From assembly GCA_012295275.1 (NCBI GenBank), contig CM022675.1:9920001-9984000 (forward strand): a stretch of 64,000 bases of DNA, written 5' to 3'. A program made the translations under genes and the position numbers. The number at the start of each line of letters is the position of its first letter. Within the stretch, counting starts at the first letter, position 1. Shown one piece after another: positions 14,841-30,790 of this stretch. The notes under the pieces were generated by a model that was given only the letters and a program-made list of their open reading frames with translations, was not told where the DNA came from and did no database searches. The stretch comes from Chrysomallon squamiferum (Eukaryota; Animalia; Mollusca).

Positions 14841-15622
14841 GACACACATACACACACAAACACACAGATAGATACATATATACATGTACAGAAACATAAA
14901 TGTGTGTATATGTATGTATGTATATATGTATATATATTATAGAATTTTAGATGGATATCATGGGAAAATATTTGATGAAGTAAATGATGAATTATATAGT
15001 TCAAGATTAAATAATGAATTTCAAAAGTTTAATGATACATTAAACAGTTTAAAATCAATTGATAAATTTCAGGGTCTAAAGTTTAATGATGAATTTCATA
15101 TTAAAGGATTCTATGAGTTTTGTTGTTTATGAATTTCATTGTTTGACATTTAATTAATTTTGTTATCATCTTTTTCATTGTCTAAGAGTTATAATTGATG
15201 AATTTCATTGTCTTTGATTTGGAGATATAATTTCTCACTCAGAATAAATGAATATAAAAATCTCTTCTTCATTCATGATTTACACCATGTTTGTGTGACT
15301 GTTGACAATAATTTGTTGCATGTCTTCAGTTTTAATTCTCTGCTTTTAAAATTGATTCATCTCACAAAGTTTTAGCTTGGTTTTCAGGAAACTTGGTGTG
15401 GATTTTAAACTAGACACGTCTTATAAATTATGGCTGTCACAGTCATGCACCTTTTAATCCAATGCTTTTAAAATATTGGTTTTCAGGAACATTTTAAGAT
15501 TTTTGAGGAAATTAATGGTGAAATTTAATTCAATGTTGTTAGCTAGTTCTTTTTTTTTTTTTTTTTCTTTTTTTTTTTTAAATAGATATGAAAGATTGAT
15601 TGATTTAATATTTATTATTAGT

Positions 15623-15661
<39 letters not shown>

Positions 15662-15824
15662 TTTTCTCTCTTGTGGAGCTTTTTTAGCTAGATTGGTAAA
15701 TAATGGTACCAAGGGGTAACCTGCTTGTTTTTTCTCTCTCTGTTTTTCTTTTCTTTCTTTTTTTTTCTCTCTATTCTCTCTCTTCTCTCTCTCTCTCAAC
15801 TTTTTTCTCTCTCTCTTTCTTTCT

Positions 15825-15904
<80 letters not shown>

Positions 15905-16984
15905 CATACAGACCTACTTCTTGCTGATACTGTACCAGTCTTTCAAAGCCTGTAAGCTAAGTACTTTATTTAGTCAGATGGGAAAAGATTCAGAATGCAA
16001 TAAAATTCCAGATAAATCAGATGATGGAACTGTACAGAAGAGTTTTCTGTTAAAAAATTTTTAAGTCACTTATGGCTGTGATATGTTTGAAATATTCAAC
16101 AGGTGTCTAGTTAAGTGGGGTCTTTAGTTGTTGGTTTTTTTGTACAGATAAATGAAAAAGTGGAAAGAAATATTTTAAAAGCATTTAGTAGAACAGAATG
16201 TTTAAATGTAGAGGAGGAATTTTATGATGTGTTTTAGTAATTATTAAATAGATGTGTGTGTGTGTGTGTGTATGTATATTTGTGTACATGTTTATGTATG
16301 TATGTATATATGTGTGTGTGTGTGTGTGTGTGTACACACATATGTATGTTTGTGTTTGTATTTATGTATGGCTGTATAATTTATATATTTGTATTTTCTG
16401 TATGTAAGTATGTATATGTATATATATATATATTATCTATATATGTATATGTATATGTATATATGCATGTATGAATGAATATATGTGTGTGTGTGTGTGT
16501 GTGTGTGTATGAATGTTTGAATATAAGTACAAATGTACATATTTTTATATCTACATTTGAATAAAGTCAATGCTTTTTAAACTAAATCATTGTAGATTGA
16601 CACTAACAGCTATAATTATTTATTTTAAAAGATGGTCTCACATCAGAGATTTTAATTTGACCTGGTCTGAGTTATTTGATTGTGGTCAGATATGTGAAAT
16701 ACTGTACATTGGTGTCTGATAGAAATCTAGGTTAACTTACTGGCTGATTGAAATAAACAGAGCTAATTTGGAGATTTTAGTCCCAGTTCAGATATACTAT
16801 TTTTGTTTTATTAACTTTTGTTTTTTTTGGGTCTTTTTTCTATCTTTTCTACAGATTTGTTAGTCTTTTCTGTTTACAGTTTTGTTAGTTTTTGTCTGTC
16901 TTTTTTATTTGTGTGTGTGTTTGTGTGTCTGTCTGTCCTTTGTCTCTCTCTCTTTTTCTTTATCAATGAGTCTTTCTTTCTCAG

Positions 16985-17097
<113 letters not shown>

Positions 17098-17460
17098 TTC
17101 TCCCACCCACCATCAATTAATTTATTTGCCTGTCAAATCCAGCACAGGCCCTCTCTGTATACTATAAATCTGCCATTTTTCAATCATTTATCATTTGTCT
17201 GAACCTACTTAGCCTACCACCTGTTTCTACCGGTAACCTAACATTAATCACCAGCGGCTAATACAGTCATTTGTATGCTAAGTGGTGGAAGGAGGGAAAG
17301 GTTGTGTGTTTTTCTGATTCTGGAGCACTGGTCAGATTGGGATATTATATTCAAAAAGGGGAAAATTTGCTTCTGAAACTTTCTATATCTCTTTTCCTTT
17401 CTCTCTCTCTTTTTCCTAATTTCAGTTCTTTCTTTTCCTTCTCTTTAGTATACCTGATGA

Positions 17461-17511
<51 letters not shown>

Positions 17512-18121
17512 GTAGAGAGAGATATTTGTTTTTTATTAAAATTTTATAAAATTAATATCATTCATCATTTGCCATTCTCATTTTTTCCATAACAGAATAA
17601 AAACCACTCATTTTATTGTTATTAAATAAAATTATAAAAACATTTTATAACCGTTATCTTTGTCAACATCTAACACGTTAACTCATAAAATATTAATATA
17701 TCAATTATCTACACATTATGCTGATCACATAAATACTTTTTATGACCTTTCAGTTAAAGTGTTAACAGAATAATGTCCCATTAAGTGTTTTAAATGGCCT
17801 AAGATTACTGAAGCCAAGATGTGATGTGTCAAAATATAAAAGCATTAATTGTATAAAATAGTTGATAAAGATCAAAGTGCAAGTTAATGTGTTAAAACAT
17901 AAAGGGTTAATTATATTATACAGTTTGATAAAGATCAGAATTGGAGAGAGATAATGCATTAGAATACAAATGGTTAATGATATTAAAATGTTTGATAAAG
18001 ATCAGCAAGTCAAAGCATTAGTTTTATAACTTGTGTACGTGTTCCAATATACTTATTTCATTATCAGTAAAGATTCTGAAAGATAAAGAGTTAATATACT
18101 AATTCATTGTTATTATTATTG

Positions 18122-18186
<65 letters not shown>

Positions 18187-19175
18187 GTATTTATTTATTT
18201 ATTCATTATTATTATTATCATTATTTTTATAATTATTATTACTATTATTATTAACTAAATGTATATTGTTTGATAAATACATTCATGAACTTGTTTTAAA
18301 ATGATTTCAAAAAAGTTGCTGAAATAATTACTAAAGCTAATTAAAAATTTTGTTTTAAATTATTAAATTACAACACTGCACCTTTATAAACAAAGTTACT
18401 AAAATATCATAAACTCTTCTGAGAAAAAAGGTTTGAAGAGTGTCATAAGATCTTCAGTAACAGAAGGTTATACTAAAAGAAATAAATGAAATATATTTAA
18501 ATTTGACAGTAAGATTTTTTTAAATTGTAAAAATGACCTGGAAACAATTTGTTAATGGCATTTTAAGTCAGTAATGTTTGTCACTGAGTAGAGATAATTG
18601 ATAGAAATTTTATTTAACAAGGCTTATAAAGCTGTCAAGAAAGCATTAATGTCATTTTAAAACTCATCTGAAGTTCATATTACATTTGTGGAAATGATTT
18701 TTACATTTAAAATATTTTAAAATCTGGCATTTTACATACATACATATTTTTTTCTTTAATATCTTTTTTCTTTTTTGTCTTTTCTTTTCTTTATTTTCTT
18801 TCTTTCTTTCTTTCTTTCTTTATTATTTTAATTCTTTCTTTCTTTATTTATTGTTAGGAAAAGAAATATTAATAGAAAAGAGAGGGTTTTTTAAAATAGA
18901 AGAAAATGATGAAAAAGGGAAGAAGAGAAGAAACAATCTTGTACTTAAAAAGTGTAAAAATAATTAAAAATAAAAAGATAAATAAATAAATATATAAAAT
19001 AATACTGAAAAAAGTAATAAAACTATCTATAAATATATACATAGATAAAGAAAGTAAGAATTTTTTTAAATTACAAAAGCAGAAAAAAAAATGTGTTTAT
19101 TATTAACATGATAAAAGATTCAATTTTAATAAGTTCCATTTTCATTTCTTTTACATGGATGTTTGCACTGAAATT

Positions 19176-19258
19176 TGACCTCACAAAGGTCAACATTTCA
19201 AAGGTCAGATCTTGGAAGGTCAGATTTAAAAAGCACAGATCTGAAAGGTCAAAGTGAA
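19176..19258 (+). promoter_or_regulatory. Array of AGGTCA half-sites with ~15-bp period
   Basis: TGACCT 19176; AGGTCA at 19187, 19202, 19217, 19246; degenerate AGCACA at 19232. Confidence 0.45.
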
Positions 19259-19600
19259 TTTACAAATATGGCTGTCAGGTTAGAAAAACAGTGTTACAGA
19301 TGCACTGGTGCTTTTTCACTGGTCCAAGTTTGGTACTAAAACTAGTCAATGAAATTTTAAATTATATTTTATTTTCAAAATTATATTTGTAAAATGAAAG
19401 TAGTGGTAGTTGTAATAAGAAGAAGGAGAAGAAGAAAAAGAAGAACTCTAGTAGTAACAGGGGTAGTAATGATGGTAGTAGTATGTGCATGGGGGAGTTG
19501 ATGAATGGATGGATGGGCAGTTATAGGGACAGATCAGTATTTGATAGAAGATTGAAAACAGAACTGAAAGACACACAAACATATATATATATTCACTTAC

Positions 19601-19683
<83 letters not shown>

Positions 19684-20619
19684 AAGAGAAAGATAAAAAA
19701 TCACACTGCGAACATTTATTTAATATAGACTCCACCCTTAATAATCACAGTAGTAGTAGCAAAAGTATCATTAGCCCTGTTGCTTTAAATAATAATAATA
19801 ATAATAATAACAGTAATATTAATAACAATAATAACAATAAAAGTAATAATAATAATATAATAAATGAATAATAATAATAATAAGAAGAAGAATAAATTAA
19901 TAATAATAATAATAAAACTAATAATAATAATAATAATAAATTAATAATAATAAAGAGATAGAATGGGAAAAAGAAAAGAAATTAAGAAGACAGAGTGACA
20001 GAGAAAACAGTTGAGAAAATAAGAGAGAGACAGAGAGGCAGACACAGCAAGACATATATACAAAGAGAGAAAGAGAAAATAAAACACCAAACAAATTTTA
20101 GTATTATTATTATTTTTTTTTTTTTATCCCAGCATAAACAAATACTAAAAAGGAATAAACTTGTTAAACATCAAAGAATTTTTTTTTTACATACAATTTT
20201 TCACTTTCTACTCTAGGTGTCTTTTGAAGCCTACCTCTTTCCATTTACCACAAAAAGAAGAAAAAAAAAAAAAAAAAAAAAAAAGGAAAAAGAAATATCT
20301 TAACCCCAAACAAAATACAGCCAAATACAAATATATTTATGCTCAGTGCATGGATCATTGAAAATGAGGAGCAACTTCAAAGAATCTTGTCCATGGAAAT
20401 GTTTGCTTTGTTTATAAATCTCTGTTTGCTGACATTTATACCCTTATTTATGTCCATAACCACTACTTAAGATGTATGAAGTATTCCAAGGGTTGGGGTG
20501 TGTGTTATTTGTTGAATCTGAAGTACAGAAAGAAATAATATCCTTAATAAGAATTAGAGATATAGTACATGTTGCAGGGTGGAATCTATATTGTATTAGA
20601 TATACTCCCCATCCCCCTT

Positions 20620-20650
<31 letters not shown>

Positions 20651-21436
20651 TATATTGTCACCCATGAACCTTTCATAAGAGAGAAAATGATTTTTTACTG
20701 AATGAAAAAAAAACAATCCACATTAATATATAACAATTTTTTTGGTTGTTAATAGTTTTTAAAGATTTTTAAGGATTGTTTTGAGATGAATACTTGTTTA
20801 AAATTAATAGTCCTAAACTACATACATACATACATACAAACATACATACATACATATCCACACACACATATCCACACACACACACATACATTCATAATAC
20901 ATACATATATAGGCCTATATACTATATACGCAAATCAATCCATCTGTCCATCCACAGATTATTCATCTAAATATCACTCACTGTCCATCCATCCATTTAT
21001 CCATTCTTCTTTCTTATTCTCCATCTTCATTTTCTCTGTTTCTGTTCTCATACATTTTCAATTTCTTCTCACAAAAAAAAAAAAAAAAAAAAAAAAAATT
21101 TACTAATCGCAATAAGATGACATCTCATTACTCACTCTTGTAAATGTCCTTGAAATCTTCATCATTTTTCATCACCCAAATCACCTTTCACCCTGTTCAG
21201 AGATCAAGATGTAATGTCGCATTTTGCTGTTGTCACATCCAAGGCAATTGAAAAGCACTCTGACAGGCAAAGGGTTAACAGTGTTTTCGTAGATTTATTA
21301 TTTTTTAATCACTTTTGGCTTTCTTTTCAGTGAAATGGTTTTTCATTTTGTATTTCTGGATGTTTGTGTATGTTAGAGTGTGTATTAGAGAGAGAGAGAC
21401 TGACAGAGAGAGAAAGAGAGAGAGACAGACAGAGAG

Positions 21437-21514
<78 letters not shown>

Positions 21515-22328
21515 CATAGGAATAAAAGACAAAGAGATGGTGAGAGACAAAAAGATAGAAAGAAGGATACACAATGAAAAGAGAGAAAAGGAGTGAGGTA
21601 TATCTTAGATTCTTTTCATGCACATCACTTGATGACAGACAAACACAGAAACAGACAGACAGACAAATGGACTTATTTTGACATCTCTTGTAAAGATTAA
21701 AAGTTACTCCATGATGAAAACAAATTTGATAACATTTTTCAGTCTTGTAATTTGCTCTCTGGGTTGGATTGGGATAAAACTGCTTTTAAAGATTTTACAG
21801 CCAATGAGAATGAAAAACCGTAAATCCCAAATCAAACAGTTCATCTTTGGAATTTGTATTTTTAAATCTTGGTTGCTATGGTAAATATGCATGGGAAAGC
21901 TTCACCGAGCTTGTCATTTTTTTTTTTTTTTTTAACAAGAAAACAAAAAAGGAAACTTATCTATGGTTAGACACACCAAAAACATATCACAGGTTGACTA
22001 TTAGCAGATTAGAAACAAAACAGATTTCTTCCAGTTTATCTAAATTAGAAATTTAAACTGAATTACTTACAGTAGTTATCACAATTAGGCTGATAGCTTT
22101 AGGTTTTGGAGTGTTTGATGTATGCAAACATTAATTAAACTTGATGTATGTACACATGTGTTAAAACATTTATGCCACAGGGGTGATAACTCCCTGGATA
22201 TGCACTTATGTCATGTAAGGTGTTGTCAGATAGGACAGATATTAAACTGATAATTTTGTTTCCCATTCTAGATTTTCACTTTTTTTTAAATTTAGGTTTG
22301 GTTTTGGGGGTTTTTTTTTTTTTTGTTG

Positions 22329-22362
<34 letters not shown>

Positions 22363-23626
22363 GTTTCTCCTATTTCTGTGAATATTTTCCTCTTTTGTTC
22401 TTTCAGTTATTCTGTTTGTCTGTCTTTTTTGATTCTCTGTTTTTCTATTCAGCTAGTTCATGATCCATCAGTCCATTTATCTTTTTATCTAAATATTGAT
22501 TTGACTATCTATCTGTCTGTCTGAATGTCTTTATTTGTTTGTCTGTCTGTCTCTCTATATATTTATCTGTTTTTCTATCAGTCTTTATATATCACTGTTT
22601 ATCTAATCCATTTTCTCTTTTTCTTTGCAATCCTTTTCTTACACTCTGTCCTAATATCTTTTTGATCTATCTGTATCTTATATTGATCTCATCCTTCTTT
22701 ATTCAGTTACTAATACTATACAATACTTTTCCTTTCTCTCTTTCTTTAACAGTTCTGCAGTCCCAGTTTAAGGTAATTCTACACAAATACCAGAATGTTA
22801 ACTTTGTATAGATATCTGTGATAACTGACTTCACTGCTAATCCAAGCAGAATAACATATCAAGAACACACACACAGACATACAGACACAGAGACACACAT
22901 TGTCCTCAAAAACACTCTGAAACATGAACCAAATCTTGTCCAGCCTCTTTCCATCAGACTCCATTGATTTTTATCTTTTTCGTATTTTCCACCCCTTTGA
23001 TATGGGGCACCTAGTACTCAGATATTGTGATCGGGGCAAAATAACAAACGATGGCTTGAACAAAAATAAAAATATGTCTTTTATATAACAACAATGGATG
23101 AAGTTAGTTAAGCTGTTATGATTTGTTCAGTTTTTTTCTGTCGACAACTGACAAGGGATAAAAAGATTTACAGCACAAGAAATCCTCTTTGAAATTAATT
23201 TAAAGCTAAACTCTTTCAAAAAAAACGTCATTGAACATTAACGGTCTGTTAAACAGCAGTTGACACTTCAGACCGTGGTTGCTTTGTGCTCGACACAAAG
23301 GAAAGGTAACTCTGTCACTTGTTCTGTGTATTTCATTATCATCGGAGGTGTTATTTCGTAGGACTCAGCCTCGGGGCAAAAACTTTGCATGCTTGCCTAA
23401 TGAGTGTGGTCCATCCAGGACAAATCTTCATATTTTCCAGTTCTAACCTATGGTATTATACGTTATCATCATTTTCAGTTCTGACTACTGGTATTATATA
23501 TCCTCATAATTTCCAATTCTAGCCAGTATAAATCCTCATGATTTGCAATTCTAATCAGTATAAATTCTCATCATTTCCAGTTCATAAAGGTCATTGTTTG
23601 TATTGTCATGTCTATCAGTGTATAGC

Positions 23627-23674
<48 letters not shown>

Positions 23675-24538
23675 TGATGATGATGATGATAATGAAAATA
23701 ATAATAAAATAATAATCAATAACAACAATAATAAAAATGATGATGACAATAATGTATCAGTATAAATAAATAAATAAATGTAGATTTTTCATGCTTCATA
23801 TAAAATTTTAGTTTATTTCTTCAAAAATTCAGTATTATTTTTTCTGTCACCTTTTCACAAATGTTTTCTTCCTTTAATACATTCCATTCTCTTTTTTTAT
23901 CTGATTTTCTTATTCTAATTTTCACCTCCATTTTTTTTTCAAAATACACCTTTTTTTTTGTCTTCTCTAAAATGCATCATTATTTTTTTTAATCATCTCT
24001 TTCTATTCATTTTATACCCAGTGTTTTTTTTTTTTTTGTAAACTTATTTTCATTTTCAAAATAATGTTCTTAAATTTAGATTTTCCTTTTCTTTTTTTTT
24101 TTTTAATGCATTCTTCTGCATTTCTTTCATTTTATTTTTCCTTCTCCATTTTATTTTATTCTCTCAAACAATTCAAAATAGGATGAGTTCAAATAAAGAA
24201 CATTCTGTCTCCCTGTTACTGGTTGTTTAGATAGCATTATTATCTCCATGGTGCCAGAAATATGTAATCTGGTAGACATAAAACATCTTGTACATTTGTT
24301 TCCCCCTCATGGGGTCGAAGGAAAAAAAGAGACATAAATATTCACGAGACAGCCGCATGTCCTGTTTTATTTGTTTGGTCACAGAGGTAGGATGTTAACA
24401 AGGGTTTTCGTATTTGATGGGTTGAATATTAAATTTATTTCATGTGTAGAAGTCCATTTTCTTTTTCTTTTCTTTCATTTTATCTCTTTCTCTGTGTGAT
24501 CTTTCTCTCTCACGTTCTTTTTCTATGTATCTTTTTCC

Positions 24539-24711
<173 letters not shown>

Positions 24712-27206
24712 ACACAAACCAGGTAACTGATTCTTTCTCTAATTATATTTTCTTTTTTTTTCTTTTCCTCAGGCAACATCTTTATCTCTTTTATCAGTCT
24801 TCATCTCGAAGTGTCTGTTTATCTATATGTATGTTTGTTCATCTGTATGTTTGTCTGTTTATCTTTATGTGTGTTTGTTTATCTGTATGTTTGAATGTTT
24901 TTGTTTTGTTTCCCTTTCATTCTGACCCTCGGGCTATTTACATTTATTTGTTATCTGTTTTCTTGTTGAGATACTTAATTTTGTTGTCTGTCTGTCTATC
25001 TGTCTGTCTGGGTGCATTCTGTTTATATTTGAGTCATTCCATTTATTTCTGCATGTCTGTCCACATGATAGTTTATCATTTGTCTGTCTTTGTTTCTGTC
25101 TTTATGTATGTACGTCCATCAGAAAGTCAGACTGTTTTGTCTATTTGTCAGTCTGGATAGTTTGTCAGTTCATCTAATTGTCAATTTGTCCGTCTGTGCA
25201 TCCAACCATCCTAATGTCTGCCCAACAAAACCATTCATATCTGAATAATTGTTTCCTTTTATTTCATTGCCAATAAAAAGTGACACTGGAAGCTAACAAA
25301 TAATATATTACATTTATAATTAATTTTCATTCCTGGAAAAAAAAAATGAAGAACTGAAAGGAATAAAAGAACATTGACTAGATACTTAATACTGTTTTTA
25401 TTTCCTAATTAATCAAAAGTGGACAGACATTCAGACAGTTTGCTTTGGTTCCAACAACAAAATAAGAATCATTTGTAACACACATTTGACAGTAAATGTT
25501 GACAGCATTGCAAAAACAATATAAAGATCTGGAAAGTACTATACGAAGCATGAAATCGAATTACTGAATCAGATGTCTTCCTCAAAAACGTGCCTGAGGT
25601 TTCGATAGTAGTATCTCACGCATGAAATTGAATTGTGGGATAGTTCTTGATCAGAAGGAAGAAAAGACATAACTAAAGGGGAAAATTATATTAAAATGTT
25701 TAGGTTTGTGCTTGATTAAATCTAGTGGGGGTGTGTGTAAAATGGGAGGAGTGTGAAAAAAGCAGATGTGTGTAAGAAAAAATGGGGAGGGGTGAGAGAT
25801 ATTAATTTTTCAGACGAGTCATGTGACATGCTAGAACAAGTTTGATAGATAAGGGGAATATGAATGAAACATGTTTATATGTACAGTTAATGATAATAAC
25901 AGTGTTAACAAGGACAGTGACGATTGTAGTGTAAGTAGTAGTAATAATGGTGGTGGCAGTAGTACTGGTAGTAGTTGTAGTTACAATAGATGCAGTAGTA
26001 GTGGTATCATTCTAGAAGTACAGTCTATAGTAGTAGTTTCTAGAAGCAAAATTTATAGTATGTTAGTATAGTAAATAGTAATAATAACTAGTGAAAGAAA
26101 TAGTACTAGTAAAAGGCAACTATTAGTAGTGACAGTAGTTATTAATTTTGATACTTCTGCTAATACTATCATTAATATTAATATTATAATATAATAATTG
26201 TACTAGCAAAGGAAAAAATAAACATAAAAAGAAACAAATAAATAAATAAATAAATAATAAAAAAATAAAAAATAAATACAATAAAAAAAAAGAAAAAGAG
26301 AGGAAAAAGAAAATGAAAATCTATCAAATAATCATAAAATTAAAATAACACAGGTTGGAACGTGAAAAAAAAAAAAAACATCATCAAAACCACTGATATC
26401 CTTAACCTCATGACCTCTCATGAATGACTCTTTCACAAAACAGATTTTTTACACCCCACTGACACAATTGTCCAGTAAACCAAGTCTGACTCGACTCCGC
26501 CATTTACGAGTTACTTATTAAAACATTTTCCACGGTTTTACAAAAGGAGGACTGCCGCTATTAAAACATTTTTACCACCGTTTTTCAATGAGAGGACTGC
26601 CACTACGAGTGTTAAATGGGCTGTAATATGAATGGCATGAAGAAAAATTAGTATTTATACAATTTCCCCGACCCAACGGACCTGAAGAAACAGCTTTTGA
26701 CTGTGAGCATCATCTTCTTGTTTATAATTACCATGCTTGAATGATTTTGTTTTAAAATATTTTTTTTCTGTGGGCTCTCTTGCCTGTGCTTCAGTGCCCC
26801 CCTGTAAGGCTTGCTGAAGGATGTCGTGCTGGTTTCCACACAGCTGATGTTGCTTTATGAGAAGAATCTACTGTTGATTTGAAATGGTGATTTTGAGGTG
26901 AAATGTACTTCTAAAAGTCCAAGGGGCAGAGATGGTTCGAGACTTAACATGATAGATGTATACTTTTTAAAATAATAATTATATATATATATATATATAT
27001 ATATAGATATGTATATATCTATATATATATAATTATTATTTTAGAAAGTATATATATATATATATATTATAAATAATAAATAAATAATTAAAGAAAGAGT
27101 TTGAAATAAAACAATTAAGATATATATTGTACAAATGAATGAATAAATGTTAAGATTGCACACATAGATATACACAGATATACACAGATACACCCAGACA
27201 CACATA

Positions 27207-27249
<43 letters not shown>

Positions 27250-29238
27250 GCGCGCGCGTGCTAAATACACACACTACAAACACACACACACAGAGAGATA
27301 AACAAAATATATCTTTAGTGAAAATTAGAAACAAAAGTTATAATCAAAAAACGTGTGTGTGTGTGTGTCTGTGCGCATGTATGTATTAACATATGGATTT
27401 CTGAAATCTTTACTTCAGATAAAACCTACAAATAAAGATACATTAAAGAAATTGGTCTTCCTATAGTATTACATAAATATCAACAACAAATATCTTTTTA
27501 TTATTCACTAAGGTTTTCCATTGTGAAGGTTTCAGATTTTTCTCAATAGCCTGTCAGTTTTAGATGTCATCTTTTTCAAACACCAACAAACAAAATTTTC
27601 AACATACAGACCGTGCAATTTTCGTACCTAGACCCTCCCATACACATCTTATGAACAGGGGTCAATTAGGGTCAAGTTTTGGGTTGTGGTTTTGGGGATA
27701 GGATAACTGAGAGGTGTGAGGTGAAGAATACATATCCTATGTCACTTTTTGTAAGGTTATCAGAAAGCAAAATGTCCTAGGTTATTTTTGTTGACTTTTT
27801 TTTCTTCTTTTTTTTTGTACTGGTGTATAAAAAATATAACATGATATGCCTGATAAAATATAATATTGAAAAAAAAATATGTGACTTAACGTTAGAAATG
27901 TATGCATAGATATATATATACACAAAATGTGTGTGTGGATGTGTGTGCATGTGCGTGTGATATATTTAAAAACAGACTTATATATATATAAGTTTTCACG
28001 TACACACACACACACACACACACACACATTCATACATACACCTGCATATAGATGCATATATGCACAAGCATATACAATTACACAACCACACACAAACACA
28101 CACACTTGTGGAAATTCTAATCTATTAACAGTTAGAACATATACACATATACAGGCACACATCGACACATTACGACATACATACATGTTCTCTAACACAT
28201 GCCACCACATTAAAGCTAATTGAGAATTGACATTTAACACTTTAATTTGAAAGCTCTGAACTGAAAAGTGGGCTATAGTAGCCCTCTGCTAAATGCAGGA
28301 AAAACTTAAAACATTTCAAGTGTTATTTAATTCTCTGGAGCAGAAGTATAAATTTCTTAATGGTTTTACAAGGAAAGGGATAGAATATATTTGATATCAC
28401 ATCTCATGTTATGACATAATGAGGTAGTCACCTTTTGAATGGTTTTAGTGACAAGAATTTTTATATAACAGAAAGATACAAGAACAGTACCAGTCAGACT
28501 GGGAGATAAATAATTTAATGCGTTGGCATGAATTGATCCCATGTCCTTTCAGTATTCTCCCAATTAGTAATAACAGTCAGTTTAAAATTACTTTAACAAT
28601 AACCTGTTAGAATGGGATTTTTTTTTTCAAAAGCTGTGTAATGCTAGACATGTTTTATATATCTGGTTGTGAAAAATCCTAGATCTTATTTAGAAAAAAA
28701 TTAAATAAATAAAAAAAAAATTATATTCTCTGTTACAGTTTTCCTTGATCTCATGAATAGGGTGAAAATGCTATTCTCAGTAATGTTTATAAAAACAGTC
28801 ACAATGAAGTTGATATTTGAAGGTTACAAAGCTTGCAGCTGAAATATGAAATACAGAAAAAATAAGCACTAAATTCAGACCTGTGTGTTACATTTCCAAG
28901 AGTATAAAATCTTTTAAAATTATTACCATTTGGTTTAATTTAAAAAAAAAAAATGAAATATGTGACATGCCATGTGAAAATGAGCATTAAGTCATTTTTG
29001 AGAACTATTTAATATATACTTCAGTGATTATGCTATGAAAATATTTAATAATTAATTATTTTTGTTTGTGTTGAAGTTTGTTGCTATGCTGCTAACAAAT
29101 AATCTAAGCAACAGTTTTAATACTTACAAGAAAGTGTGTTGTATTAGAAATGAACCTTTACTAAAAACAAAGTACATGGTATGTATGAAGCAAGTGATTA
29201 TCTGTTTTATGATAATGTCATTTGTTTTACACTGAGGA

Positions 29239-29274
<36 letters not shown>

Positions 29275-29489
29275 TTATTAAAATTCAAATTTTTATGTGC
29301 TTTTTTGTGGGTTTAGTTACACACTGAATGAATACTGAACAAACCATTAAGGAAATTTACACCAAATGTTTTTAATTTTTGTTTTACTCTATTTCCCTTT
29401 TGATGGGATGGTCATACACTCAAAAGAAAATTTAAGTATTCTTTAAAAAACTGCTGAACAAAGTTTGAGGTAATTTATACCAAATGTTT

Positions 29490-29613
29490 TCAAAATTAAC
29501 CCTTTCATTGCTAGTGTATTTTCATAGGTTATTAAAATGTTGTTAATCCATAATAATAATTATAGTTTTGGTACAGGTAAATTGTTTTCCAGAATATTAA
29601 TTTTTATAATTTA

Positions 29614-29644
<31 letters not shown>

Positions 29645-30790
29645 TATTGCTATAACTACTACTACTAATTATAGTCATAATTATCATAAATAACTAAATA
29701 TATAAATAAATAAATAAATAAAATAAATAAATAAAATACTGAGGGACATAATAAAACACACTTCCCTTTAACCCTTTTAGTGTCAGTAAAAGTATCTTGA
29801 AGCATATCTATACAACAAGTAAGGCTACCAATCACTTTCACAATATTATTTTTATTAATATTACTTTGTTAAAAAAGAAATGAAAATATTTATGGTTATA
29901 CACCTTAAACACTTTCAATGCAGTGTATTTTCATAGCATGGCTATAAGTTTATTGAAAAATATGGTTCTAGATATCACATCATGACAATTATAATTTTTC
30001 AAGAAAATGAAACAAAAATATTGAAGGCAATACCCATTTAACCCTTTCATTGTCCTGCCTTTTCCCTTTAACTCTTTGAGTGCTGTTTTATTTTCAAAAC
30101 ATATTTATATCAACTATATTGAAAAAAAAGTAATAGGGCTGTCAGTTTACTATAATTATAATTTTATTAATATTATTTCTGAGAGAGAAAAAAAATATTG
30201 TTAGCCCCTGTTGACCCCATTAATGCCACACCTTTTTCTTTTAATGCTTTTAGAGCTGTTGTATTTTCAAAAATATATTTATTAGTGTATCAGGTTGTTA
30301 TTTCATGATAATTAATTTTTTTATTAATATTATTTCTGACAAAAAAACAAAACAAATGAAATACCCTTTTAACCTTTTCACTGTCATCACACCTTTTTGT
30401 TTTCAACCCTTTCCCAGCTGTTGTTTATTCAAAATACACAAATCAAGTTTTTCAAAAACATGAATAGGGCTTTCAGTTCATTATAATTATAATTTTTATT
30501 AATTTTATTTTTGAAGAAAAAAAATGAAAGAAAAATATTGATGGCTACACTCTCTTAACCCTTTCATTGTCACAATTTTTGTTCCTTTTCCTTTTATGAG
30601 TATTTTCAAAATACATATATCAAGTGTATTGCAAAAAACATGAAGAGGGCTATCTGTTCTTTTGAATTTTTATTGCTATTATAACGGAGGGGGAAACAAA
30701 ACAAACCAAAATATTGATGGCCACACCCCTTTAACCCTTTCCATGTCATCATGTTTGTAAAACATGACAACTGTATTTTTTCTAAACTTT
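29490..30790. repeat. Old degenerate tandem repeat (~165-180-bp units)
   Basis: Recurring aaaatattg..ggc...tttaaccctttcattgtc and ataattttttattaatattattt blocks. Confidence 0.65.

Noticed and set aside
14884-15132. 82-aa ORF with F/N/D/E-rich periodic text
   Set aside because: Derived from a degenerate aatgatgaatt repeat; no splice or domain support.
24723-24772. 50-nt GT...polyY-AG mini-intron-like stretch
   Set aside because: Flanked by simple repeats with no plausible exons; expected by chance in pyrimidine-rich DNA.
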